Below the pieces are notes generated by a model. It did no database searches. It saw nothing but the letters and a program-made list of their open reading frames with translations, and was not told where the DNA came from. From positions 1-53,339 of the forward strand of contig JAITTF010000150.1 of the NCBI GenBank assembly GCA_031287215.1: a stretch of 53,339 nt of DNA, in the 5' to 3' direction. The stretch's first letter is position 1. Each line of letters opens with the position of its first letter. The DNA comes from Bacteroidales bacterium (lineage in GTDB: Bacteria > Bacteroidota > Bacteroidia > Bacteroidales > WCHB1-69). A program made the position numbers and the translations under genes. Shown here one piece after another: positions 27,778-35,335 of this stretch.

Positions 27778-28341
27778 ATGGAATGGTTTAATAGTTTAGA
27801 TCCCGCACTCAAAGTCTATTGGATAATAGCAGGTATTACCTCTTTGATTTTTATTATTCAGATGGTGATGACCCTGATAGGCTTAGATGGACAAGAGGGG
27901 TTAGATGCCGATTTGGATGCAGATGCCGGTAGTGGTAGTGCTTTTCAATTTTTTTCTTTGAAAAATTTGACCAACTTTTTTCTCGGTTTGGGATGGGGAG
28001 GGGTCTGTTTTTATAATACCTTTGAATCTAAATCATGGGTAGTCTTTTTTGCTTGCCTTACGGGCGTTGTTTTTTTGTTGTTGTTTTTCTTTTTATTAAA
28101 AATGATTATGAAGCTCAATAAAGACAACACTTTTCATATCGAAGAGACACTCGAACAGATCGCCGATGTCTATCTTGCGATACCACCGGCAAAAAGTGGA
28201 AGAGGTAAAATCCAAATCAGCATTCGCGGTGCTGTCCACGAAATTGATGCCCTTACTTTGGGAGAGAAAATCCCTACCGGAAGTAAAATTAAAGTATTGA
28301 AAACCTTAGACAGTCAAACCGTCTTAGTGGAGAAAATATAA
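27778..28341 (+). CDS. YqiJ/NfeD-like membrane protein
   Basis: Hydrophobic helices flank an acidic linker (DADLDADAGSG). C-terminal NfeD-type OB-like segment (GRGKIQISIRGAVHEIDALT). It ends 24 nt before the flotillin gene. Confidence 0.72.
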   Translation: MEWFNSLDPALKVYWIIAGITSLIFIIQMVMTLIGLDGQEGLDADLDADAGSGSAFQFFSLKNLTNFFLGLGWGGVCFYNTFESKSWVVFFACLTGVVFLLLFFFLLKMIMKLNKDNTFHIEETLEQIADVYLAIPPAKSGRGKIQISIRGAVHEIDALTLGEKIPTGSKIKVLKTLDSQTVLVEKI

Positions 28342-28365
28342 ATATAAATCACAAAAAAAAATATT

Positions 28366-29865
28366 ATGAACCCATTTTATCTCATTGTCATTGCTATTAT
28401 TGTAGGATTTATCTTAGTAGTAGCCCTCATAAAAAGGTACAAACGTTGCCCTTCGGACAAAATTCTGGTCGTTTACGGCAATACAGGCGGCTCATCAGCC
28501 AAATGTATTCACGGAGGCGGTGCCTTTATATGGCCTGTAATTCAGGATTATGCTTTTCTCGATTTGAAACCTATTTCCATTGAGGCAAATTTGACTAATG
28601 CACTAAGTAAACAAAATATCAGAGTTGACGTACCCTGTCGTTTTACGATTGCAGTCTCTACCGAATCACAGCACATGAACTCCGCAGCTGAAAGGCTTTT
28701 AGGACTCACGCAAGCACAAATCCAAGAATTAGCCAAAGATATGCTTTTTGGTCAGTTGCGTTTGGTGATTGCTACTATGACCATCGAAGAGATCAATTCC
28801 GACCGCGATAAATTTCTGGATGCTATTTCCAATAATGTGGATACCGAACTTCGTAAAATAGGGTTGAAATTGATCAATGTCAATGTTACCGACATTACAG
28901 ATGAGTCAAAATATATTGTGGCTCTTGGACAAGAAGCCGCCGCACGCGCTATCAATGAGGCAAAAGTATCCGTAGCCGAGCAAGAAAAAATCGGAGAAAC
29001 AGGCAAAGCCATCGCCGATAGAGATAGAGATGTTCAAATTGCAGAAACACAGCGAGATAGAGACGTAAAAGTAGCGATTACTCAGAAAGATAAAGAGATA
29101 AGCATTGCTATGGCAATGAAAGATGAAACCGTTGGAAAAGCAGAAGCTCAACGTGATACACGTGTCAAAACAGCAGAAGCTAATGCTATCGCTATTCAGG
29201 GAGAGAATATGGCAAAAATAGAAATTGCTAACTCCGATGCAGCACGCCGCGAAAAAGAGGCTGAAGCCATGAAAATTGCCATTACCGCCGAGAAAGTACA
29301 ACAAGCTAAAGCACTACAAGAGGCTTATCTCGCCGAACAAAAAGCCGAACAAGCCCGCGCAGACCGAGAAAGAGCTACCCAACAAGCCAACATTATCGTC
29401 CAAGAAGAGATCGAAAAACAACGCAGAATTATAGAAGCTCAAGCACAAGCAGAAAAAATTCGCGAAAATGCTAAAGGAGAAGCTGATGCTATCTTCGTAA
29501 AAATGGACGCCGAAGCGCGTGGTTATTATGAAATATTGACCAAACAAGCCCAAGGATACGAAAAAATGGTCAAAGCCGCCGGTGATGCACAGAGTGCTTA
29601 TCAACTACTGTTGATAGAAAAATTACCGGAACTGGTGCGTACTCAAGTGGAAGCCATTAAAAATATCAAAATTGATAAAATTACCGTTTGGGATGGTAAT
29701 CACTCCGCAGACGGAACTACCTCCACCGCTAACTTCCTCTCAGGGTTGATGAAATCTATTCCCCCTCTCAATGACCTCTTTAAACAAGCCGGTATGGACC
29801 TCCCTAAATATCTCGGTGAAGATAGCACCGAAATTAAACCGGTTGCAAAAGAAGACAAAGAGTAA
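28366..29865 (+). CDS. flotillin-family SPFH protein (YqiK-like)
   Basis: N-terminal TM helix, SPFH/band-7 region, then a long Ala/Glu/Lys/Gln-rich coiled-coil. 499 aa. Confidence 0.9.
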   Translation: MNPFYLIVIAIIVGFILVVALIKRYKRCPSDKILVVYGNTGGSSAKCIHGGGAFIWPVIQDYAFLDLKPISIEANLTNALSKQNIRVDVPCRFTIAVSTESQHMNSAAERLLGLTQAQIQELAKDMLFGQLRLVIATMTIEEINSDRDKFLDAISNNVDTELRKIGLKLINVNVTDITDESKYIVALGQEAAARAINEAKVSVAEQEKIGETGKAIADRDRDVQIAETQRDRDVKVAITQKDKEISIAMAMKDETVGKAEAQRDTRVKTAEANAIAIQGENMAKIEIANSDAARREKEAEAMKIAITAEKVQQAKALQEAYLAEQKAEQARADRERATQQANIIVQEEIEKQRRIIEAQAQAEKIRENAKGEADAIFVKMDAEARGYYEILTKQAQGYEKMVKAAGDAQSAYQLLLIEKLPELVRTQVEAIKNIKIDKITVWDGNHSADGTTSTANFLSGLMKSIPPLNDLFKQAGMDLPKYLGEDSTEIKPVAKEDKE

Positions 29866-29885
29866 TTGATTATAAAAAAATCATG

Positions 29886-29893
29886 TATCTTTG
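29886..29893 (+). promoter_or_regulatory. Bacteroidota-type -7 promoter box (TAnnTTTG) immediately before the GT2 start
   Basis: TATCTTTG ends only 5 nt before ATG 29898. The ORF-track N-terminus MYLC is the translation of this box. Confidence 0.45.
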
Positions 29894-29897
29894 CATC

Positions 29898-30653
29898 ATG
29901 AAAGAGAATCTGGTCTCCATCATTATGCCCTCCTACAATTCGGCTTCACATATCGCTCAATCTATTGAGTCGGTATTGGCGCAAAGTTATTCCTGTTGGG
30001 AATTGCTCGTTGTGGATGATGCCTCTTCCGACAACACTACAGAAATAGTACAAAAATTTGTTAATCAGGATGAAAGAATAAAACTTTGGGCACTTCCTAC
30101 TAACTATGGTTCGGCTGTAGCACGCAATTTTGCCATTCAAAATGCTTCAGGACAATTTTTAGCATTTTTGGATAGCGACGACCTTTGGTTGCTTTACAAG
30201 TTGGAAAAACAACTGGCATTTATGAACCACCAGCAAGCTGCTTTTTCCTTTTCTGCTTATCAATTGATAGACGATCAGGGCAATGCTCTAAACAAAACCA
30301 TTCCTGTTCCTGCTACCATCACCTATTCACAATATTTAAAAAATACGATTATCGGTTGCCTGACGGTCATGTTGGATAGAAAACAGATACCCGAAATAGT
30401 ATTCCCTAATTTAAGAAGTAGCCAAGATATGGCATTATGGCTTCAAATTCTAAAAATGGGTATAGTAGCTTACGGTTTTTCAGAGCCATTAGCCTGTTAC
30501 CGAATCAATCCCAATTCTACTACAGCCAATAAAAGAAAAGCGGCTGTCGGCGTTTGGCATGTTTACCGCAAAACGGAACGACTTTCGCTATTTTTTTCTC
30601 TCTATAATTTTGCCGGTTATGCCTTTCATGCCCTCAAAAAAAGAATATCATAA
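29898..30653 (+). CDS. family 2 glycosyltransferase
   Basis: VSIIMPSYN, VVDDASSD and LDSDD motifs of GT-A/GT2 enzymes. The start is set at MKENLVSII. Confidence 0.85.
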   Translation: MKENLVSIIMPSYNSASHIAQSIESVLAQSYSCWELLVVDDASSDNTTEIVQKFVNQDERIKLWALPTNYGSAVARNFAIQNASGQFLAFLDSDDLWLLYKLEKQLAFMNHQQAAFSFSAYQLIDDQGNALNKTIPVPATITYSQYLKNTIIGCLTVMLDRKQIPEIVFPNLRSSQDMALWLQILKMGIVAYGFSEPLACYRINPNSTTANKRKAAVGVWHVYRKTERLSLFFSLYNFAGYAFHALKKRIS

Positions 30654-30675
30654 CTTCACAAACTAACCGATAAAA

Positions 30676-31830
30676 ATGAATAACAAAGAGCTATTTTTTA
30701 AACAAAAGATTGCCACTATTTTAGAGACAACACCCGAACATATTTTTCTGTATTGGAAAGGGCGAGTAGGCTTGTATGCGCTATTAAAAGCGATGAATAT
30801 CCAAGAAGGTGATGAGGTCATTGTGCCGGCATTTACTTGTGTAGTAGTAGCTAATGCCATCAAATACCTGAATGCAAAACCGATCTATGTAGATATAGAT
30901 TGTCAACATTTTAATGCCGAATTTGAAGAAATTAAAAAGAAAATTTCCCCTAAAACGAAAGTCATCATTTGTCAAAATACGTTTGGCTTGTCGGTGGATG
31001 TAGAAAAAATTGCCGACTTTGCTAAAGAGCACCATCTCTATTCTATAGAAGATTGTACCCATGGTTTTGGCGGTTTTTACAACGGACAACCTAATGGTTC
31101 CTATTGTGATGCTGCCTTTTATTCTACCCAATGGAACAAACCCTTTAGTACCGGCATAGGAGGTTTTGTGATGACGACCCATCCTTTGCTCATAGCTGCC
31201 CTGTCGGCACAAAGCTCAGAAATGGTTACTCCCTCATGGAAAGACAATCTCTCTCTAAAACTACAATACTTTGCTAAAGAGTATCTTATGGGTTCTTATT
31301 TTTATTGGACCCTGTTAAAATTATACCGGTGGCTCAGTAAAAACAACCTTGTACAAGGCTCCTCTTCAGGGATAGAATTAATAGGTACTGAAAAACCTGC
31401 TCGTTTTTTCAAAAAAATGTCAAAAACACAAATATCCAAAGGAATCAAAACGATAGATCAATTGCCTGCACTGATGGTATTACGTAAAAAGAATGCTACC
31501 ATATACACACAATATTTGCAAGAGCACCACAAACAATATGTTCCTCAGTCATGGCAACTAAATCACTCTTTCTTACTCTATCCATTATTAGTTAAAGACC
31601 GTGAGAAGGTCTTAGCCATTGCCAAAAAGGAACATATCCTTATTGGCGAATGGTTTAGCAGCCCTTTGCATCCGATCATAGGAGATTTAAAACCCTGGGA
31701 TCTGGAACTTCAAGATTTTCCAAATGCTACCCATATAGCATCACACATCCTCAATTTACCTACGGATGAAAGGGATTGTGCCCCTATATTAGCTTTTTTA
31801 GACCATATTGAAGCGGAGGTATTGGAGTAG
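30676..31830 (+). CDS. DegT/DnrJ/EryC1-family sugar aminotransferase
   Basis: 384 aa. Fold-type I aminotransferase layout with a candidate PLP-lysine in FYSTQWNKPFSTGIGG. Confidence 0.82.
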   Translation: MNNKELFFKQKIATILETTPEHIFLYWKGRVGLYALLKAMNIQEGDEVIVPAFTCVVVANAIKYLNAKPIYVDIDCQHFNAEFEEIKKKISPKTKVIICQNTFGLSVDVEKIADFAKEHHLYSIEDCTHGFGGFYNGQPNGSYCDAAFYSTQWNKPFSTGIGGFVMTTHPLLIAALSAQSSEMVTPSWKDNLSLKLQYFAKEYLMGSYFYWTLLKLYRWLSKNNLVQGSSSGIELIGTEKPARFFKKMSKTQISKGIKTIDQLPALMVLRKKNATIYTQYLQEHHKQYVPQSWQLNHSFLLYPLLVKDREKVLAIAKKEHILIGEWFSSPLHPIIGDLKPWDLELQDFPNATHIASHILNLPTDERDCAPILAFLDHIEAEVLE

Positions 31831-31872
31831 TTTGGTAATGTTACAGAGTTGAACAAAGGAGTTACAGAGAGG

Positions 31873-32724
31873 TTATCTCCACAAATTCCAATCAAATTGC
31901 TTTTCTATTTTCTGTTCAATTTCATCTGGCAATTCTGGAAAAAAATCTATTTGAGTAATTTTTTGGATCTCTTCCACACTTTTGGCGTATGTATGTAGTG
32001 GTTTGTGCCCGCTTTTATTGTCAAATAGGAAACCTATTGCCGACCAAGTATTCAGTTCATACTTCAGGAGCACTTTATAAAAAGCAGTAGGTATGACTAC
32101 GCGATTATTACCGATCGTTGGAGGATTATGAGACACTACAGGACCACATACTACGTACAAATTTCTGGTTTCAGAAGCCCAATTACGGACTTGTTCCTCC
32201 AAAATCCTCCAATCACCACCATTCAAATTGTGATTTTGAGGACAGATATTAGAAAAATAAAAACTCTCATTCATGGCTTGTACGCTCCATTTCATGTCGG
32301 CAGCGGGTGCCAGATGACCTCGATCCCATCCTGAATTTCGATAGTCATCATCTATAGCACTTTTTTCCAGTACGTCTGGATCGGGCACAAAATGTCTGCC
32401 GCGAGGTGTAATCCCTTCTACCTCCTCTCTCGTCAATTCGTATGCCACCCAATTGGCAATCTTCCAATCTTGATTATAACTTACAGTGTAGCCAAGATGC
32501 TCAATAATTTGTTCAGTTCGACCCTCCATTTTAGCAGGAATTTCCAATTTTAGGATGGGAACATTATCGGCAGTTTCTGTAAATTCAAAATGATTTGGTT
32601 TATCTGTAAAATAACGAGTTACTGCTATTACAAGCAAAAAACCAAATCCAAGCAGAAGAATTAATAGAACAAACTGTTTTTTTATATTAGATCCGGAGTG
32701 TTGGCGTTTTTGTTTTTTATTCAT
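31873..32724 (-). CDS. membrane-anchored DNA/RNA non-specific endonuclease (EndA/NucA-like)
   Basis: N-terminal TM anchor (FVLLILLLGFGFLLVIAV). Endonuclease_NS active site GWDRGHLAPAADM and downstream FSNICPQNHNLNGG. The first ATG is 32724 (the track start 32730 is TTG). Confidence 0.85.
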   Translation of the reverse strand: MNKKQKRQHSGSNIKKQFVLLILLLGFGFLLVIAVTRYFTDKPNHFEFTETADNVPILKLEIPAKMEGRTEQIIEHLGYTVSYNQDWKIANWVAYELTREEVEGITPRGRHFVPDPDVLEKSAIDDDYRNSGWDRGHLAPAADMKWSVQAMNESFYFSNICPQNHNLNGGDWRILEEQVRNWASETRNLYVVCGPVVSHNPPTIGNNRVVIPTAFYKVLLKYELNTWSAIGFLFDNKSGHKPLHTYAKSVEEIQKITQIDFFPELPDEIEQKIEKQFDWNLWR

Positions 32725-32750
32725 ACCCAATAACTGTTTTTTTTTAGCTG

Positions 32751-32758
32751 CAAAAATA
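32751..32758 (-). promoter_or_regulatory. Bacteroidota-type -7 promoter box (TAnnTTTG) for the endonuclease gene
   Basis: Minus-strand TATTTTTG, 27 nt upstream of ATG 32724. Confidence 0.55.
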
Positions 32759-32766
32759 AATAAAAA

Positions 32767-32863
32767 CAGGGTAAACGCATATAAAGCAAAAAATTTTATA
32801 TTTTATGAGTCAGCAAAAAATGGTTGTTTGTAAAAAAAGGTAATTTTATATGCGTTTGCCCTG
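32767..32863. repeat. 19-nt inverted-repeat pair enclosing 59 nt
   Basis: CAGGGTAAACGCATATAAA (32767..32785) versus TTTATATGCGTTTGCCCTG (32845..32863): 18 of 19 complementary. It sits between two divergent promoter boxes. Confidence 0.85.
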
Positions 32864-32894
32864 ATTTTAGGACAAGACTCTCGAAAATTTTATG

Positions 32895-32902
32895 TACTTT
32901 TG
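32895..32902 (+). promoter_or_regulatory. orphan Bacteroidota-type -7 promoter box (TAnnTTTG)
   Basis: TACTTTTG with no credible gene downstream. The nearest ORF (32919..33164, 81 aa) has no recognisable features. Confidence 0.45.
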
Positions 32903-33111
32903 TACCCTAACTGCTTGAATGAAAATGAAACGAATTTTGTGCTTGATAAATAACTTTTTTGACTCTGTGATTGCTCACTTCACTGCGGTTTTGGCAGTGC
33001 ATCTTGAGTATAAGTTATTTATAATGTATCAAATATCAGTTCTGTCTTTACTTTTTTCACACTCATGTTGGGATATATTTGGATTGTGCAAAACTAATTT
33101 GGGTATATTAA

Positions 33112-33143
33112 GTCATAGCAGGATGCGTGTCGGCTGCTATGAC
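33112..33143 (+). other. 10-bp perfect stem-loop
   Basis: GTCATAGCAG - 12-nt loop - CTGCTATGAC, inside the region downstream of the orphan promoter. Confidence 0.8.
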
Positions 33144-33324
33144 AACAACTCACTGCAACAATGACGACAGCAAGACATATAGCTAATCAATAATGCCCTG
33201 TAATATTGAATGAATATCTACGACAAACAATAATTGCGCATTTTTACATGTAGGTTCATTGATGAACGTTGTCTTGTTCCGTTCATTTAATGATTTTACC
33301 TCATAGAAAAAGAAAATTTAAAGA

Positions 33325-33618
33325 ATGAGGAAAAATAAGATCGAAAGTATTCGGCAAGTTTACCGAAGAAACCTGAGCTACAATCAGGAAAATTCATTTA
33401 ACACATTAAAATATAAATTAGTTATAATATTAAGCACAGTTATAGTAGTAGCTGTTGCTGCTGTAGTTTTTTATTCTTGCACTAAAGAAGATAATAATAC
33501 CTCTGCAAGTAGAACTTCATGCTGTTCATCAAGTCCTTTCTGTTTATTCTTATACAGGTTTATAATGATTATGATGAAAATTAATATTGCTATTTTGTTT
33601 ATATACTTAATCTTGTGA
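33325..33618 (+). pseudogene. possible decayed gene start (lipoprotein-like N-terminus followed by low-complexity tail)
   Basis: The first ~60 aa look real (hydrophobic helix VIVVAVAAVVFYSC-TKEDNN, lipobox-like). The rest (CCSSSPFCLFLYRFIMIMMKINIAILFIYLIL) looks like out-of-frame AT-rich sequence and ends inside the 25-bp palindrome. Confidence 0.3.
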
Positions 33619-33660
33619 GGTTAGAACTTCCTGCTCAGGAAGTTCTAACCTCACAAGATT
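33609..33660. repeat. perfect 25-bp inverted repeat (52-nt palindrome)
   Basis: AATCTTGTGAGGTTAGAACTTCCTG (33609..33633), CT, CAGGAAGTTCTAACCTCACAAGATT (33636..33660). There are no mismatches and no flanking T- or A-tract. Confidence 0.95.
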
Positions 33661-33809
33661 ATTCAAATAGACCGATTCATACAGTCGCTTTTCATTATAA
33701 TAACTGTATTTATCCAAAGGGTAAATTCATTCATCACGATGCAGCTAATCAAGGATGGGAGATGAAGCGGAAAATGTAACTTTAGTAAGTATGATGAGTT
33801 TTAATAACG

Positions 33810-34355
33810 ATGATTGTCCAAGAGAATTTGTACCTACCACGCACTTTCGATTTCAAAACTCCATATATCGGATTGTCGCTTAAAGCCTCTTATTTGGCAG
33901 CGATTCATAACAATATGTTTATTCAACCTGAAGTAGGAATTAAATTTTTGCCCTTTCTATTTGCTCCAAACCATTGGTATATTGACGAAGCAAGTGAAAT
34001 CTGTGTATTTGAAGACGAAGATCATCCTGAGAACCTATTTAATAGACCTCCAGATGAAATAATTTACATGCGTTGCAAACCAGTTATTTCTGCTTCAAGT
34101 TATTTTATTCCGGACTTAACCTTTGCACTCAATTTTATCGTGCATGGCAAAAACTTGCACAATAATTTTGGTTTTGGTATTAATGTCAACATTGGTTTTG
34201 TGGACAGAATTCATTTCGTGTATCAAAGCACCGATGTATTGCCTGCTTATGCGCAATCCTCAGGCGAATTTGGCTGGCGAATGAGTGCTGTAGGTTTCCA
34301 TATCGGCTACCTGTTTATGAAAGAAAAAAAGAAAATTATTGATAAATTGAGATAA
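33810..34355 (+). CDS. orphan beta-rich hypothetical protein (possible truncated outer-membrane barrel)
   Basis: 181-aa ORF without a signal peptide or consensus promoter. Alternating hydrophobic pattern and near-C-terminal GFHIGYLF resemble the last strands of an OM beta-barrel. Confidence 0.4.
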   Translation: MIVQENLYLPRTFDFKTPYIGLSLKASYLAAIHNNMFIQPEVGIKFLPFLFAPNHWYIDEASEICVFEDEDHPENLFNRPPDEIIYMRCKPVISASSYFIPDLTFALNFIVHGKNLHNNFGFGINVNIGFVDRIHFVYQSTDVLPAYAQSSGEFGWRMSAVGFHIGYLFMKEKKKIIDKLR

Positions 34356-34362
34356 AACTATT

Positions 34363-34503
34363 ATGTATTTACCAGAATGGATTCAGCCGTTTAAAGAGCG
34401 CGGAACGGAGATTAAAATTATCGGCTGACACTTTTATCAATACGCCGTGAGTTACAAATACGACAAAGAAAAGAAAAACAAATGGAATATTATCTATACT
34501 TGA
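34363..34503 (+). pseudogene. short gene fragment with in-frame stop (possible transposase N-terminal remnant)
   Basis: MYLPEWIQPFKERGTEIKIIG*HFYQYAVSYKYDKEKKNKWNIIYT*. The TGA at 34426 interrupts a frame that otherwise reads as protein. The resemblance to N-termini of Bacteroidota IS4/IS1634-like transposases comes from memory only. Confidence 0.3.
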
Positions 34504-34519
34504 TTAGCAATTCCAAAAA

Positions 34520-35335
34520 CTAAATTAAAACAAAGATATACCAATAAACGAAACCAACAGGAGTAGCAAAAAAGAAAGAGTCAAATCTATCAAGAATTCC
34601 TCCGTGCCCTGGAAGAATATTTCCACTGTCTTTTACATCACAACTCCTCTTAAAAAACGATTCTACGAGGTCTCCAAAAGTAGCTGCAACAACAATAACA
34701 GCTGCAAAGCCTATCCAATGCCAAATTGTACTAAATGAAGAAAAGCTAAACCATGGAATATAAAAAAAACTTGCTGAGGCAAAGGAGACTGTTATAAAGG
34801 AGATGACAGCTCCTTCCCATGATTTTTTTGGAGAAATGCGTTCAAAAAGTCGGTGTTTACCAACAAGAGATCCTGCACAATATGCGAGAGTATCGTAAAA
34901 CCATATTATTATAAAAATAGATAAAAGAACATGTTTCCCCTTTAACGGAGTTTCTAACAAAAATAACGACATCATAAAGGGTACCGCAATCCAGAATGCC
35001 GGAAAAAGAGCAAGTGTGATATTTTGGATCGGAAACTCTTTTTTACGAAACATTTCTACAATTATCATGAGAATTCCCAAAAAGATAGCAATAAAAACAA
35101 ATAACATTTGTGGTTCTTTAAAAGCGGCAGTAATCAAAGTAAATATCAAAATTAAAGGCAGTACTTTCTGAACATCATTGCCTTTTTTGTTGAGCATTTG
35201 CTGATATTCAAAAGTTCCTGTCAGGGAAAATAGTAAAAACAAAAAGTAAGCATACCATGAAGGTAGAAAAAAAACGGATACCACTAATGATACAAAAACA
35301 ACACCTGTTATAGTTCTAATAATTAATATTTTCAT
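34520..35335 (-). CDS. cdsA: phosphatidate cytidylyltransferase
   Basis: Multi-TM profile and the CdsA C-terminal signature SFFKRSCDVKDSGNILPGHGGILDRFDS. The start overlaps the upstream stop (TAATG). Confidence 0.9.
   Translation of the reverse strand: MKILIIRTITGVVFVSLVVSVFFLPSWYAYFLFLLFSLTGTFEYQQMLNKKGNDVQKVLPLILIFTLITAAFKEPQMLFVFIAIFLGILMIIVEMFRKKEFPIQNITLALFPAFWIAVPFMMSLFLLETPLKGKHVLLSIFIIIWFYDTLAYCAGSLVGKHRLFERISPKKSWEGAVISFITVSFASASFFYIPWFSFSSFSTIWHWIGFAAVIVVAATFGDLVESFFKRSCDVKDSGNILPGHGGILDRFDSFFFATPVGFVYWYIFVLI

Noticed and set aside
28548-29604. Four antisense ORFs (62-132 aa) inside the flotillin gene.
   Set aside because: They mirror the Ala/Glu/Lys/Gln-rich coiled-coil codons and translate to Cys/Phe/Ser-rich low-complexity strings with no motifs. 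They are an artefact of repetitive sense-strand composition.
31840-31869. Direct repeat GTTACAGAG x2 (31840..31848 and 31861..31869) between the convergent DegT and nuclease genes.
   Set aside because: There are only two 9-nt copies, with no further periodicity, so chance occurrence is plausible. It is not a CRISPR or an iteron array.
32919-33164. 81-aa ORF directly downstream of the orphan promoter.
   Set aside because: It has a good ATG and promoter distance, but the product has no signal peptide logic, no motifs and junk-like composition. I treat the region as non-coding or decayed (see findings) rather than as a gene.
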